DNA of 50,331 bases, the filler included, from Bipalium vagum (Eukaryota): NCBI GenBank assembly GCA_037834085.1. It is 3 parts of 3 records of this genome, joined end to end, with 100 filler letters (N's around TTAATTAATTAA, not from the genome) between each part and the next. Parts side by side here need not be neighbours in the genome. Positions count along the whole stretch, not along the records: positions 1 to 15,986 come from JBBMKC010134343.1; 2 more parts are not named here. One strand, given 5' to 3'. Numbering within the stretch: position 1 is the first letter of the stretch; the number at the start of each line of letters is the position of its first letter. Shown in pieces: positions 1 through 11,953 of the stretch. A program made the translations under genes and the position numbers. The notes below the pieces were generated by a model. It had not been told where the DNA came from, did not search any database, and worked only from the letters and a program-made list of their open reading frames with translations.

Positions 1-909
1 AATTTAATAAAACAAAGGGGAAAATATTTTCTACAATTTTGGAATCTTTGTGAAGTATTTATAATAATTGGATCATTCTTTGTGGTTATGGGGTTCGTAT
101 ATGTGAGACTCGCCATAAACACCTTAACGAAACAATTTCAGCGTTATGCCGGTAACATTTATCTAAATTTTAATTTGGTTGCATTTTGGAATGAAAACCT
201 TGGCTATTTGGTTTCATTGATTGTCTTTGTATCCACGTTAAAGTTGATCAAAGTGCTTCGTTTTAATAGGCGAATTAGTCTGTTGATCTCAGTGTTAAGT
301 TTTTCTGGAAAGGTTATTAGACAGTTTTTTATAATATTTATGATTAGCTTCTTGGCATTTGTCCTAATATTTTATTCTTTCTTCAGGGAGTCATTGTATA
401 GATTTCACACATTTCTCTTTGCAATAGATGCCTGTATTCAGATAGGATTGGGGAAATTTGGTTTTTTAAAAATGTATGAAAAGGAACCGATATTTGGACC
501 GATTTTCTTTTTTTGTTACGTTATTTTCATCAGTTGTATAATGTTAAATATGTTGATTACGATCTTAACAAAAGGATTTGCAGTGGTTAAAGCTGACATT
601 GAATTACAAAACGATGATCATGAGCTAATGAACTACATTGTGACAAAACTCATCATTTTTACTGGAATAGATAAAACGAAGTTTGGTCAAAAGTTGTTAA
701 AATCAGGCTTCACTGATCAGATATACATTGAGAAAGATTACAGAAAAAACTCCGATAACATGGATACATTTTCGGAAAAAGTAGAACAGTTTTTAAGTCA
801 CACCACTAAAATGGTTTTTGATGGTAAAACAAATTTTGGTGGAAATGAAAAACAATTTAATGAAACCATCCTCAACAAACCCAGACTTCTCATACTGGAC
901 GTTGATTAA
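1..909 (+). CDS. Polycystin/PKD-family protein (PKD1-like/PKD2-like cation channel domain), C-terminal part, 5'-truncated by the window edge
   Basis: Frame is open from base 1 (NLIKQRGKYFLQFWNLCEVFII...) to TAA at 907-909. It has several hydrophobic TM segments and PKD_channel-type motifs: YFLQFWNL, LKLIKVLRFNRRISLL, pore region LGKFGF, PIFGPIFFFCY, MLNMLITIL. Confidence 0.85.
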   Translation, partial: NLIKQRGKYFLQFWNLCEVFIIIGSFFVVMGFVYVRLAINTLTKQFQRYAGNIYLNFNLVAFWNENLGYLVSLIVFVSTLKLIKVLRFNRRISLLISVLSFSGKVIRQFFIIFMISFLAFVLIFYSFFRESLYRFHTFLFAIDACIQIGLGKFGFLKMYEKEPIFGPIFFFCYVIFISCIMLNMLITILTKGFAVVKADIELQNDDHELMNYIVTKLIIFTGIDKTKFGQKLLKSGFTDQIYIEKDYRKNSDNMDTFSEKVEQFLSHTTKMVFDGKTNFGGNEKQFNETILNKPRLLILDVD

Positions 910-1853
910 CATTTTAGTACAAATCGGTCATCATTTTCCTCAAGTAAGTCCGTGATATCAAAATAGGGTCATTAACTGAAGATTATATCATTTATTTAGA
1001 ATCATCTCTGTCATTCAATGTTGTTTTATGATAATTTGCCATTGAACAATTGAAACGTAAACAATCTCAGTGAACCAGCACATTTTTCAATATTTAGTCG
1101 TTGTTTAAAATATTTATTGCAAATTTCAAAACTCAAATTTTTGAAAAAAACTGACTCTGATAAGGCATTACTTAATTCTCGATGGTAACTGAACGTCTGA
1201 AACTTTAGAAGAACTCTTCAAATCTATCTTTACAGAATGGTACAAATGGTCCTGTTTAAAATCTGAATTGCTTTATTATTTCACTCCAACTTAATTTTTT
1301 TGCAAATTTATCATAAATGTTCATGTTTTAGATATTTCATATAACATTTTCGTAACAATATTATCATAATATTAACTTTTTAAACTTTTCACGTATTTTG
1401 AAAAAATTAGATACTTATTGATTAGCATTCCAAATAATATCATAAATTTGAAATAGGAATTTATATTACATGTAAAATTATGTAAATGTCCCATAAGAAA
1501 ACAAAAAACATTGAAATTTCATATAAAATATTTAATATAATATTAAGATAATAATTAATATAATATATTATTAATATTATTATTATTATTTTATATTTCT
1601 ATACTCTAATTAGTAAACTCACTTAAGTATAAACATAAAAAATTAACAGTCCGCTGGGAACTAAAATAAAAATAAAATTATGACGGAAGAAAAATTAAAT
1701 TTTCTTAAAAGTTTAATCTTTTTATTAATAAAGAAGATTTTTTAACACAATTTTAATTAAAAATATTCAATTAAAGAAGCTTAATCTTTCTACTGAAATA
1801 TTATTTTATACAATTTTTGAAAATAATTAAATTTTTTTAATTAAATTTAATAC

Positions 1854-1879
1854 ATTATTATTATTATTATTATTATTAT
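1854..1879. repeat. (TTA)n microsatellite
   Basis: Visible attattattatt... run. Similar runs occur at ~1577-1590, ~5869-5888 and ~12460-12510. Confidence 0.8.
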
Positions 1880-2028
1880 AAAATTTGTTCAAATGTGTCG
1901 TTTTGGAAAATCCAATATTTAATTTTTTTTATTCAAATAAGGATAGTTTCACCGAAAGAATTTTTAAATCAATTTAGTTATAAATTTACTTATAGAACAT
2001 TACCTTGTACCAAATGAAAACTTAAAAA

Positions 2029-2140
2029 TGTTGGGTTTACCTAGGACACCCACCCAGTAAATAGCACTGAGAAGGACCGCCAAAAGGGTTTTTAGAATAA
2101 TAATAAGATTAATAATAACAAAAATAAAAATTAAGGGTAA
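2029..2140 (+). repeat. Truncated terminus of the LTR family seen complete at 33269-34243
   Basis: tgttgggtttacctaggacacccaccc followed by an AAT-rich tract. Matches the reverse complement of 34217-34243 (tgttgggtttactcaaaacacccaccc). Confidence 0.6.
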
Positions 2141-2269
2141 GTGAACATTTTAGTGAATTTTAGAGCTCTTAAAGCAATTATAAGGTTTTTGAAATTATTT
2201 CAAGAATAATCTCCAAGTCAAGATCAATTTTTTATTCTAATATATGAGTAATATACCATGGTCATCTCA

Positions 2270-2880
2270 GAAAATCTTAGCCATAATCTTACCAGCCGTT
2301 TTTTTGGCTTTTGATCTCTTCGGTGTACTTTCTTCAGGTGAAATTCACTGCTTCGATTTTTGACTGGATTCTGGAGTGTAATAATAAATTCATGTTTCAT
2401 CGCAGGTGATATATCAATGATTTATATATATATCAATTTTTCTGAAACAGTGCCAAATTTATCTCCCAATCATTAAGAAGTTGCTTCTTTTGATTATTAC
2501 TTAATGAACCTGACACCCATTTTGCAGTCACGTTTTCCATTTGTAATTATTCGTGTATTGTACGCCATACACTGTCATTTGAAATGCTCATAACCTCAGA
2601 AATTTGTATAAAATTCACTTTTAGGTCTACCATTATGATTTATCTATTAGCCTGGTATTTGGACCAATTAACTCCTCCTTTGGACTAAAACTACGACATT
2701 CATCTTTAATGTATATACGACCTCGTTTGAAATCTGAATACCATTTTTAATAGTGGAATACAATAGTGCTGATTGTCCATAATGCTTATCCAAACTTGCT
2801 TTGGTTTCTGTACTGTTTTACCATTTATAAAATAAAATTTGTATTTTTTTTTAAAATTCCAGTTATCAAAAATATTTAAC
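2270..2880 (-). mobile_element. Decayed mariner transposase fragment
   Basis: Minus strand reads ITCDET*IYYYTPESSQKSKQ*ISPEESTPKRSKAKKTAGKIMA, a WVSGSL (WVPxxL-like) linker, and an N-terminal HTH-like YGQSALLYSTIK..DFKRGR. Multiple stops and frameshifts. Confidence 0.75.
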
Positions 2881-3220
2881 TTGATCGTATAAAACAAAAT
2901 AATTTATCCAAAACAATAAAATTTTAATTAATTTAAAAGATTTTCTTTAATAAAACATATACATTTTGTACCTAGCCTTGTTATTAATGGTCAAGGCCAG
3001 GAAATTTATTCAAGGCCTAGTATTTATTCTGAAAAAGACTTGTCTTGATCATACATGTTTTTTTAAAATAATATAATTTCTGTTTTCCCTGACACACATT
3101 AAGTAAAACAAATGTCACAACAAATCAGTTCCGTTTCTATAAAATACTAAAATCAAGGAGGACTTATTCTTGAAACAAAAACATCATAAGTTCTGCCAGT
3201 AAAGAATAATATAAGTTTAT

Positions 3221-3236
3221 TTTGCTCCAAGACAAC
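3221..3236 (+). promoter_or_regulatory. Conserved upstream 16-mer TTTGCTCCAAGACAAC, copy 1 (candidate promoter or 5'UTR element)
   Basis: Identical to 10208-10223. Starts 111 nt upstream of the A1 ATG. Confidence 0.45.
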
Positions 3237-3331
3237 GAGACATCTTCTGCCATACCAGGAAATTTAAATATAAAAAAATTCCAATGAAAATTGACTTATA
3301 TAACCTACTGAAGTTTTCTAATAATTATAAT

Positions 3332-3797
3332 ATGATTAAAGTTTTATATTTTTTATGTATTTTCTGGTTTGTATCATCAGTGGACTTTGAATTATTATCC
3401 CGGAACAAGAATACATATCAGTTAAGTACGGTCGAAAACTGCAACAGCTCCTTGGCTGTTGATGGCAATTATGACCAGATAATAAATAAAACAAGTTTCT
3501 ATCCTCGTATATGCGCTCAGACGAAAATTGATGGATGGTGGATGATCGACCTTGGTCAAGAATGTAATGTTAGCCATATAATTTATTATAACAGGAAAGA
3601 TGAAAATCAATCCATAATTGTGGGGACTACCATTGAATTGGTCAGAAAAAATAACATTTCAAAACATACCTGTTACTTGATAACCGAATATCAGATGACT
3701 TATAATTTTAGTTGTCACATGGAACTTGGAAGATATATAAAGGTAACCCCTGCCTCGAAAAAATTCGTTCAAATTTGTGAGTTGGAGTGCTTTGGAA
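3332..3797 (+). CDS. F-type lectin (fucolectin/FTP, discoidin-like fold) domain exon A1 with signal peptide
   Basis: ATG at 3332 gives hydrophobic MIKVLYFLCIFWFVSS, then LAVDGN, CAQT, WWMIDLG, YYNRKD, GRYIKV, QICELECFG. Phase-1 GT donor at 3798 (gga a|gtaaat). If unspliced, the ORF ends at 3826. Confidence 0.85.
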
Positions 3798-4399
3798 GTA
3801 AATTTATTAACATGTTCCATCATTAAGAAATATTTCAAAACATTATTTAGGCTGTATATAAATTGAATAATTTTATATAAATTGAATTTAAATATAAATA
3901 TAAAATACTAATTTACATATAATTAATGAAGAAATAAAGGTTAAAAATATAAAATCGAGGTTAATAATTATTTAAAATAATAAAATATTTTGAAAAAAAC
4001 AGTGAAATAATTAAGAAAGACTTTAAGCATTTAATATAGGAATATTTTTGTTTTAAAAACTTAGTCACATTTTTTAATTAATCAACTAATAATTATAATT
4101 GTATGAAATCAATAATAACGAAAAGATTAATAAATAAATAATTATTTTAAAATATATCATATTTTTTTAAATGTAAATTTTTTTTAAGGATAATTAGTTC
4201 AATAAAATCTTAAATTTATACGGGTATATCTTAACTGTTTGATTTTATTTGTTTATTTAATTTTTGAATAAGGGATTTTATTTGCAATCTACGTATTGTT
4301 TATCTGAAGTAGCGTTTAAGCATTATCTGCTGATTTGTCACAATATTATATTGTATTTTTTGCATGTCAGGTTACTAAAGACATGATTTGCAAAATACA

Positions 4400-4960
4400 A
4401 ATGTATAAATAAGTACATAAATTGATTTTTTAGTCTGATCGATTACGGAAAGAAATTACTGATAATGGTCTTAAAAATTCTTAAGGAAAGATTTTATTGT
4501 GAATGCAAACTTTAAAAAATATTTGAAGACGATAATATACGAAGATGATGATCAAAGGCTAAGCAATTGGGTTCTTCGATGAATGTAACTTAACAAACAA
4601 TTTCAAAACGATAACGTTACTGTAAATATAGTTACTGAAAATAGTAATTAAAAATCAATTAATGCATTTAAATCATGATTTGAGGACAAAACCGCAAAAA
4701 TTGAGTATTATATCGTAAAGAGATATTGGTTTATGACTAAACAGAATAATTTGTAAAATCTGTTTTAAAATATCTTTAAAAAACTGAAATAGGTTACATC
4801 ATCCCAATCATCAAACTCAAAAATTCTTACATCCTATAAAAATCAATTTTGATACGACGGAGTTTATAAATTGTCCAGAATATGAAAAAAATATCGATAT
4901 AAATTTTTTTTAACAAATTTTTATTTATTTTTCACAATGTTATTGAATTTTTAAAACGTA
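4400..4960 (+). mobile_element. Highly decayed, internally deleted mariner relic
   Basis: Fragments resemble the HTH (NVT*QTISKR) and the mariner C-terminus (YDGVYKLSRI*KK, cf. FYxxGIxKLxxRWxK). Confidence 0.35.
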
Positions 4961-5284
4961 ACAAACGGCGGAGTCAAACTGGTACGCAGTGGATTAAATG
5001 AAAAATAAAAATGGTTTCGACTAACTCGTATTTATTATACATTTCACTTTGTATTGATATGAAAAAATTTTCATAATTGAGAGAATTTTTTAAAATATTC
5101 CATAAGTAAAATAAGTTTGGCATTTTATTACTTGAGGAATAATGAAAAATGTTTTCACTGTTAAATTTCTTAACGGTAATAAATAATTAAGAAAAGTGTG
5201 ACAATACAGATGTATTTGTAACTCAGCAATTTTTCGTTACGTAATAATAATAACATTTAAATTTAATTAACCATTTTTTTACAG

Positions 5285-5719
5285 CCTCTTCTCAAGAATT
5301 TCAATTATTATCACGATACAAGAAGACAAGTCAATCCACCACGTTTGAAAATATGACCAGTAACCTTGCAGTTGATGGAAATTACCACAGCATGATAACT
5401 GAAAATGGTGTTGATAATCAAATATGTGCACGCACATTTGATACCAATAGTAAAGGGTGGTGGATAGTGGATCTCGGAGAAGAATATAACATCAGTCGCA
5501 TACGATATTATAATGGAATAGAGAAGGATAACGTCAGCAGCTTTGGAGTTATTATTGAATTACTTAATGAAAAAAATCAATCAACCAAGATTTGTCAAAA
5601 TATAACCGAGTTTCAGAATGATTATTATATCAATTGTCACTGGAAAATAGGAAGATACGTCAAAATTTCTGCAACAACAAAAAATAGTCTTCAAATTTGT
5701 GAATTGGATTGCTTTGGAA
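5285..5719 (+). CDS. F-type lectin domain exon B1 (probable second exon spliced to A1)
   Basis: Polypyrimidine acceptor ccatttttttacag| ends at 5284, phase 1. Reads SSQEFQLLSRYKKTSQSTTF...LAVDGN...CART...WWIVDLG...GRYVKI...LQICELDCFG. Phase-1 donor at 5720. Confidence 0.8.
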
Positions 5720-6384
5720 GTAAATTAATTTTTTATTTATATCAATAATTAATTAATGTCTAAAATTAACACAAAAATATGATTTCTTAATTGATAAAAT
5801 AACCAAAATATCAATTTATTAAAAATAAAATATCGCACAAAAATGAAATAATGAAAGATTTTACAAAGTATTATTATTATTATTATTAATTTTTATTTTA
5901 GAAAATTACTTTAGATGATTTTTTATTTTGTAATATTTAGTTCAATGATTTTGAAAGATCTGTATTACTTTAGATTTAAATACATTTTTATTGTCTTTTT
6001 ACAACTTTTTCCATTAACTTGAAAAAATATTATTAGGATAAGCAAGCTTCAGGAAAGTTTAATTTATATTAATTCTCTTATGACCACATTAACTTTTCAG
6101 AATTAGTCGATGAAAAATTAATTTTAAAAAATTATTTTTATTCACAGTTTTAGAAAATTTTTGACACATACAAAATCATTAAAATTCTAATTCTAAAATA
6201 TTATACAGGACAAAGATCAATGAAATTTGGACTGAAAAAACCAATTTCATCAACTTTTTACTTTTGAAATTTGAATTAATTTTAAACGTTCACCATATTT
6301 ATTAAGTTAAAGTGGTTATTTAGTATTTCAAAATTATGTAAATATGCATGAGGTTTTTAAACTGGTTTTGTATTGTTTCTTATA

Positions 6385-7045
6385 TTAGGTTGTCACGTAT
6401 GAAATGTCCGATTGCGTAATATGCAATAAAAAGCAATAAAAGTCCAATAAAAAAAGTTTTATTTAATTGAAATATTCACCGTCAGATCTTACACATTTTT
6501 TCCATCTAGTAACTAGTTTCAAAATGCCAGTGGCATAAAAATCGAGTTCTCTCGATTCGATGAATTCGGATATGGAATTTTTGACATCCCCCGGATTAGC
6601 AATAATTTTCTTATCCAAAAAATTATCTAAATGCTTAAAAAATGATAATCTGTCGGAGATAAGCAAATATTGTGGACTTTTCAAAGTTTCATTTTTTAAG
6701 TCTAACAGCTTTTGCAACGTCTTCTTTGACACATGTGGTCTGGCATTATCATGCAAGAGTATGATTCCTTTACTATTGACCAAAGAAGGTTGTTTAATGC
6801 ATAAAGCTTAATGCATTATTTCAATTTCGGAACAATATTTATCTGAGTTAATAGTTTAACCTTGTTCCAATAAAGAAAAATATATGACTCCAGCCATAGA
6901 CCACAATACTGTTAACATTGTCTTTTTCGGGGGTAAATCCGGCTTTGGACAATGTAAAGGAGCTTGGTCGGCATCTAACCATTGAGCAGAATGTCTACGA
7001 TTGTAATGAATATTGGTTATCAGTAGTACTACTTGATCACAGGTA
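6385..7045 (-). mobile_element. Mariner (SETMAR/Hsmar-like) relic, 3' half with one TIR
   Basis: TIR-like ta|ttaggttgtcacgtatgaaatgtccg at 6385. Minus strand reads YNRRHSAQWLDADQAPLHCPKPDLPPKKTMLTVLWSMAGVIYF, LLHDNARPH and FYATGILKLVTRWKKCVRSDGEYFN. Confidence 0.9.
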
Positions 7046-10000
7046 AAAAAGATGTAGGAAACATATTCAAGACAAAAAGGTATTGTGTGATATGATTAGA
7101 CTTATTTTCTCAATAATGCAATAAAACTTAAGGATAAAAGTATGACAAATGTCAGAAACCAAAGACAAGGTAGTATACTGCACGGATTTTTATCTTTAGA
7201 TTAACTAATATAAAAGTTCTTTAAAGATCAATGTATGACATGTAAAAATATTAATGAAACCAAACTAAGATTAGAAATAATAAATAGAATAAGTTAGAAT
7301 TTAAGTAAAATTATTTGAGTTACCTGGTCTTCATAGTATAATAAATACTAGGAAACAAATATAATTTTTTCTCAATATTATATTATAATAGAATTGAAAA
7401 CTTCAATATTGTAATGGTTCTAAATATCAAAGAATACCATAAACTTCAAAAAGAAATTAGTAATCAAACAATACTTAAATTTCAATGAACACAACAGTTT
7501 TTGTATCATTAATATCATTGGACCGCAGAAATATTATTTCGACTTCGATTAAATAAATTAGAAATCAAACAATTTATAATTGATGCCATTAGAGCGTCGA
7601 TCAAGTCAGCTCATGATATCTCAAAATTATTATAGAGAAAATTACCAAAAATAGGAAAAATTTTTAAATATTACTAAAATTATACCAAATTTAATTTTTA
7701 ATGTAAATATGAAACATAATTATTATTTAGATAATAAAGATATCTAAAATAATAAAAATGAATGAATAACTTATCAAATTTATTCAAAAAACTCTAGAGG
7801 AATTGTCCGGGAGACTTAGTAGAAAACAGATGCCAATTTAAAATTCAAATTCTTGTAGATCCTCAATGAACGAAAGGCCACAGATAACAAAAAGGTTCTC
7901 AATTTCCAACTTTCTTCAAGATATTTATAAAAAGCTTTAAATACGGAGCACTTTTAAAATAAAAGAAATTAAAAAATAAAGTTCTCAAATGTTATAATAA
8001 AATAATAAATTAAAATTAGCAATATATTTTCTTAAATAAATAAAAACTTCAAAGAAAAATAATTTCTTGGGAAAGAATAAATTTTTCAAAATATAAGTGA
8101 AATTAGAATTTATTAAAATCATTGGTTATTTATTTTTCATTGAAGTTACACTTAAATCATCAGCAATACTTAATCATAGAGAATTGGATTATAAAAACGA
8201 CAATGTGTTCATTGTGTATCTTAATAAATTTTCATTTTAAATATTTTAATAAACATTAGGGATATGAACACAGTAATATTTTTTATCGAGTAACATTTAT
8301 TTTTTTTAAAATTTACCATTTAACTTTATATTTTTCAAATGTTAGGCAATAATCGAGACATTACATTTAGACATACATTGGTACATATCAATTTCTACTC
8401 GTCTTAAGCGTGATTGATTCTGCCTTTAATCTCATATACTAGTTCTGTCTCTGTATACAATATTCTTTAGGTACCACTACAAGAAGTCTAATAAGATTAG
8501 ATTGACAATTAACCAATCAATTAAATTTTACCAACATTGTATAAAAACATAATCCCAATGATCAAAACAATAGCGGATGTCGTTATTATTATCTTCGATA
8601 TCATCCGATCTTCTTCATAATACTAATCTTTAATCTTCAAAATAAGCAATAGTGTTCCATGCATACTTTTTTGGCAAAATTATGGAGAAATCCTTCACAT
8701 TTTATACTTCTCTGATGTTGGTCTTGATTTGAAGATTATTTTTGAAATAATATTAAAATCCTAAAAGCATCTTTAAAAGCCCTAAAATTTCCATTTTCCC
8801 TTTTATCTTTCTTTTATAATCACTATTATTGATATATAAGTCATTATCAGTGACATTATAAGTGTTTCATAGTGTTAAAATATTTTTTCTTTAGTGATTA
8901 ATTTTATCATTTTGTTTTTATAAACTAGTTTGAATGTTTGGATGTTTGTTGGTTCACCCTTTAAACGTTAATAAAATTTGTAAGATATTTAAGTTAAACT
9001 TTAAGATAGAACTTAATTATTTACTAGAGAATTTTATCATTTGACATAACCTATCAGTTTATAAAAATATTATCCACATTAATTCCAGTAATAATAAGCA
9101 CTATTATCATAAAATACATTGTAAAAATTAAATTAAATTAGTTCATCACAAAATCTTGCTAAAAAGTACATTACTTTTAACCGTAATAATATTATTTACA
9201 CATACATTTTTTAGTTTGAGTTCTGGAATCTCGGTCGTGAAATCGTATTCAGCCGTCAACAGGAATGTAGGGAAGCTTGAAGATTTGTTTCTCGACATTG
9301 CTCATCCGTGAAATATGTTGACCATTCTTTAACAACAGATTTATTCATGTTGTCAAAGATCTTTCCCTTCAGTTGATATTCATTAAAGAAAATAAAACAA
9401 CATTAATATTATCAAGATCAAACATTTACACATGTATTTTTTAGTTAAAATAAGGTTAACTTCTTTGAAATCTAAGATCGATTTGTGAAGGTCATCTGAA
9501 GATTTGCCTCCTCCCATTGAAAATGACTCTGGCCTCACTGATTATTCGGGCTAAAAGCGTACAGTTTGTTTATTTATATACAATTCTTAGTGTGAATTTT
9601 CGAGTAAATATGAGCCAAATTGTGCCAGGTATATAAACCTGCTCTGATGTCCTTACTGATTAACAGTTTTAGCTAAATGAAGAAGACTTATTACTGAACC
9701 AAAAATATATTTAATTTCTGTTTCCCTATTTTCAATCGCTAAGAAGTATCTATTTTTCACGAGAACTATGGAAATAATGAAACAAAATAACATTTTTACC
9801 AATTTCTTAAAATTTTGGGTTAGTTATGCAATTAAAATTTACTTTTTACAATCACAGTATTATTGATATTAATAGGGGTTCTCAAGAACTGGAAGTTTTA
9901 TAGTAAAAGAAACTGGTTCTTTATAGTTATAAAATAAATTTTATATTAGATTGAACTAAAAAATGTGGATGAAATAACTTTCGAAACGATACTAAAATCA

Positions 10001-10207
10001 ATACAAGATTTAAGACATGTTCTCTGTGTATTATTTCAGATTCAATAATATTTCATTAAAAAAAATCTCATGTAATACTTCATTTCCAAATTCTAAAAAT
10101 ACACCATCTACTACACTATAATGTAATGTTTATGGAGGATACCATTGTTTGTTAATTCATTAGTTTTAGGGGAAAACTGAAGCAAACATTCCAGAGATTA
10201 CACTTGA

Positions 10208-10223
10208 TTTGCTCCAAGACAAC
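10208..10223 (+). promoter_or_regulatory. Conserved upstream 16-mer TTTGCTCCAAGACAAC, copy 2
   Basis: Identical to 3221-3236. Starts 114 nt upstream of the A2 ATG. Confidence 0.45.
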
Positions 10224-10321
10224 CAGGTTTTTTTTATAGTGAAACAATTCAATACTGTATTGGAGACTTTTAATTGACATTTTATTCATAAATACATAAA
10301 ATTTTGAATCAATTTTAGAAC

Positions 10322-10795
10322 ATGATAATTATTTTAGTGTGTTACTTAAACATTTTTTGGATAATTTCAGGCCAAAATTTTGAATTATTATCTCACGTAA
10401 CAAGGAAACATCCCAGTTGAGCACCTCTGATAACTTTGATAGTTTCTTGGCTGTTGATGGGAATTACGATCAGGTAATAACCAAAGGAAAAGTTCATCAT
10501 CGAGTATGTGCTCATACGAAACCTGGTGGATGGTGGATGGTAGATTTGGGCAAAGAATATATTATTAGCCACATAGTTTATTATAATAGAAAAGAGGAAA
10601 ATCATAACGTTATTTTACGAACCACTATTGAATTAATTAGAGAAAATATGAAAGTCAAGCATATTTGTTATAGAATCACTACATTTCAGGTTGTGTACAA
10701 TTTTAGTTGTCATATGAATCTTGGAAGATATGTAAAGGTAATTCCTTCCTCTAGAAAGAATTTCGTTCAACTTTGTGAGTTGGACTGCTTTGGAG
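10322..10795 (+). pseudogene. F-type lectin domain exon A2 with signal peptide; frameshifted (pseudogene or assembly error)
   Basis: ATG 10322 gives MIIILVCYLNIFWIISGQNFELLS. An extra 2 nt at ~10391-10392 (tta tc tca cgt, versus tta tcc cgg in A1) shifts the frame. The domain continues in the 10417 ORF frame (LAVDGN, CAHT, WWMVDLG, YYNRKE, QLCELDCFG). Phase-1 donor at 10796. Confidence 0.75.
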
Positions 10796-11124
10796 GTAAA
10801 ATTATTAACATTTTTCATCATTAGAACATTTATTTAAAACATTCTTTATGTGGTATTATTTGTTTTATTATTTGAATATTATATTATATTACAAATGTGT
10901 TCATTAAAATTAGTATTGTTCATAAAAATGATGAAAAAATTAATAAAAATGATTATATTCACAAAATTATATATAAGTTGCACATATTTCACTTATAATA
11001 AAAAATTATATTTGAACATTCGAAATAAATAATTGGTCAATAAAATTAACTTTTAAACTATTTAACACTTGCTCAATAAAATAGTAGTGATTCGAATTAA
11101 TTAATAATTATACAAATTAAAATA

Positions 11125-11425
11125 CAGTAGTTGTAATCAAATACATTATTTTTAATTTTTTATAAAAGGCTACTTTAGTTTATTTGTTTTAAAAGATATT
11201 TTAATTTTAAAACTTGTTAAAAAATCAAGATGGGAATGTGAAAAACATGCACAGAAGAGAAGCGTATCATGATAAAAAGATTATATGGAAAAGGAAAAAC
11301 TTATTCTCAAATCCAGAATATAGTGAACTACCTAAATGGATGCCTAAAGTCCAAAAAATGTGGGGAAACGTGTTACATGTGTGGATGATCGAAATTTCAT
11401 TCGTTATACGAAACAAATGTCAAAT
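11125..11425 (+). mobile_element. Tc1-like transposase 5' fragment in the intron between lectin exons A2 and B2
   Basis: From ATG 11230: MGM*KTCTEEKRIMIKRLYGKGKTYSQIQNIV, a paired-like HTH typical of Tc1 N-termini. A ta|cagt terminus-like sequence lies at ~11123. Confidence 0.55.
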
Positions 11426-11953
11426 ATTATATCTAGAAAAATAAAAAATGGTTTATTATATATAATATAAATTATACAAGCTATTATATAATATATATTC
11501 TTCAGAGCAAAAAAATCCGAAATATTTTATTGTACAACTGATTAATTTCAATTATAAAAAATTATATTAACACTACTATTTTATATAGGGATTGACAAAA
11601 GGAATATTTTAAAGGAAATTCCTAAAATATTTTACTTAATGATGGGAAATTATTTGTCTCAGTCAGACTTGTGTAAAGTTCCATAATTCCTAACTTTAAG
11701 TTCTACATTTATATTATCTTTCTAATTTATTTCTAAATTATCAATTTTATCATGTATATTTCGTTAATTCTCTTCAATTCAAAGAATTTTCTCATTTCAA
11801 TGAGTTATCTTTTTAACAAAGTTCAATTCAGTACTTTAATGATCTTTAATACTCTGTCACAATATAAAATGAAAATATCCAAAAATTTTTCCTAAACTTT
11901 GTATATTTCAGATTAATTTTATAAAATTAAGAACTATTATTCTCTACTTACAG

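Noticed and set aside
3284-3331. Upstream in-frame ATG for lectin A1 given by the ORF track
   Set aside because: ATG 3332 aligns with the A2 ATG and directly precedes the hydrophobic signal peptide. The extension is not conserved.
7050-9700. Possible LTR start at ~7053 and coding-like patches at ~8350-8710 and ~9200-9660
   Set aside because: I could not identify a matching terminus, TSD or convincing protein motif by eye.
10850-11032. Short hydrophobic/Lys-rich ORFs (also 16303-16551, 30175-30402, 31014-31208, 39179-39412, 46892-47101)
   Set aside because: F/I/L/K/N-rich translations are expected by chance in very AT-rich DNA or from the antisense of transposon relics. No motifs were found.
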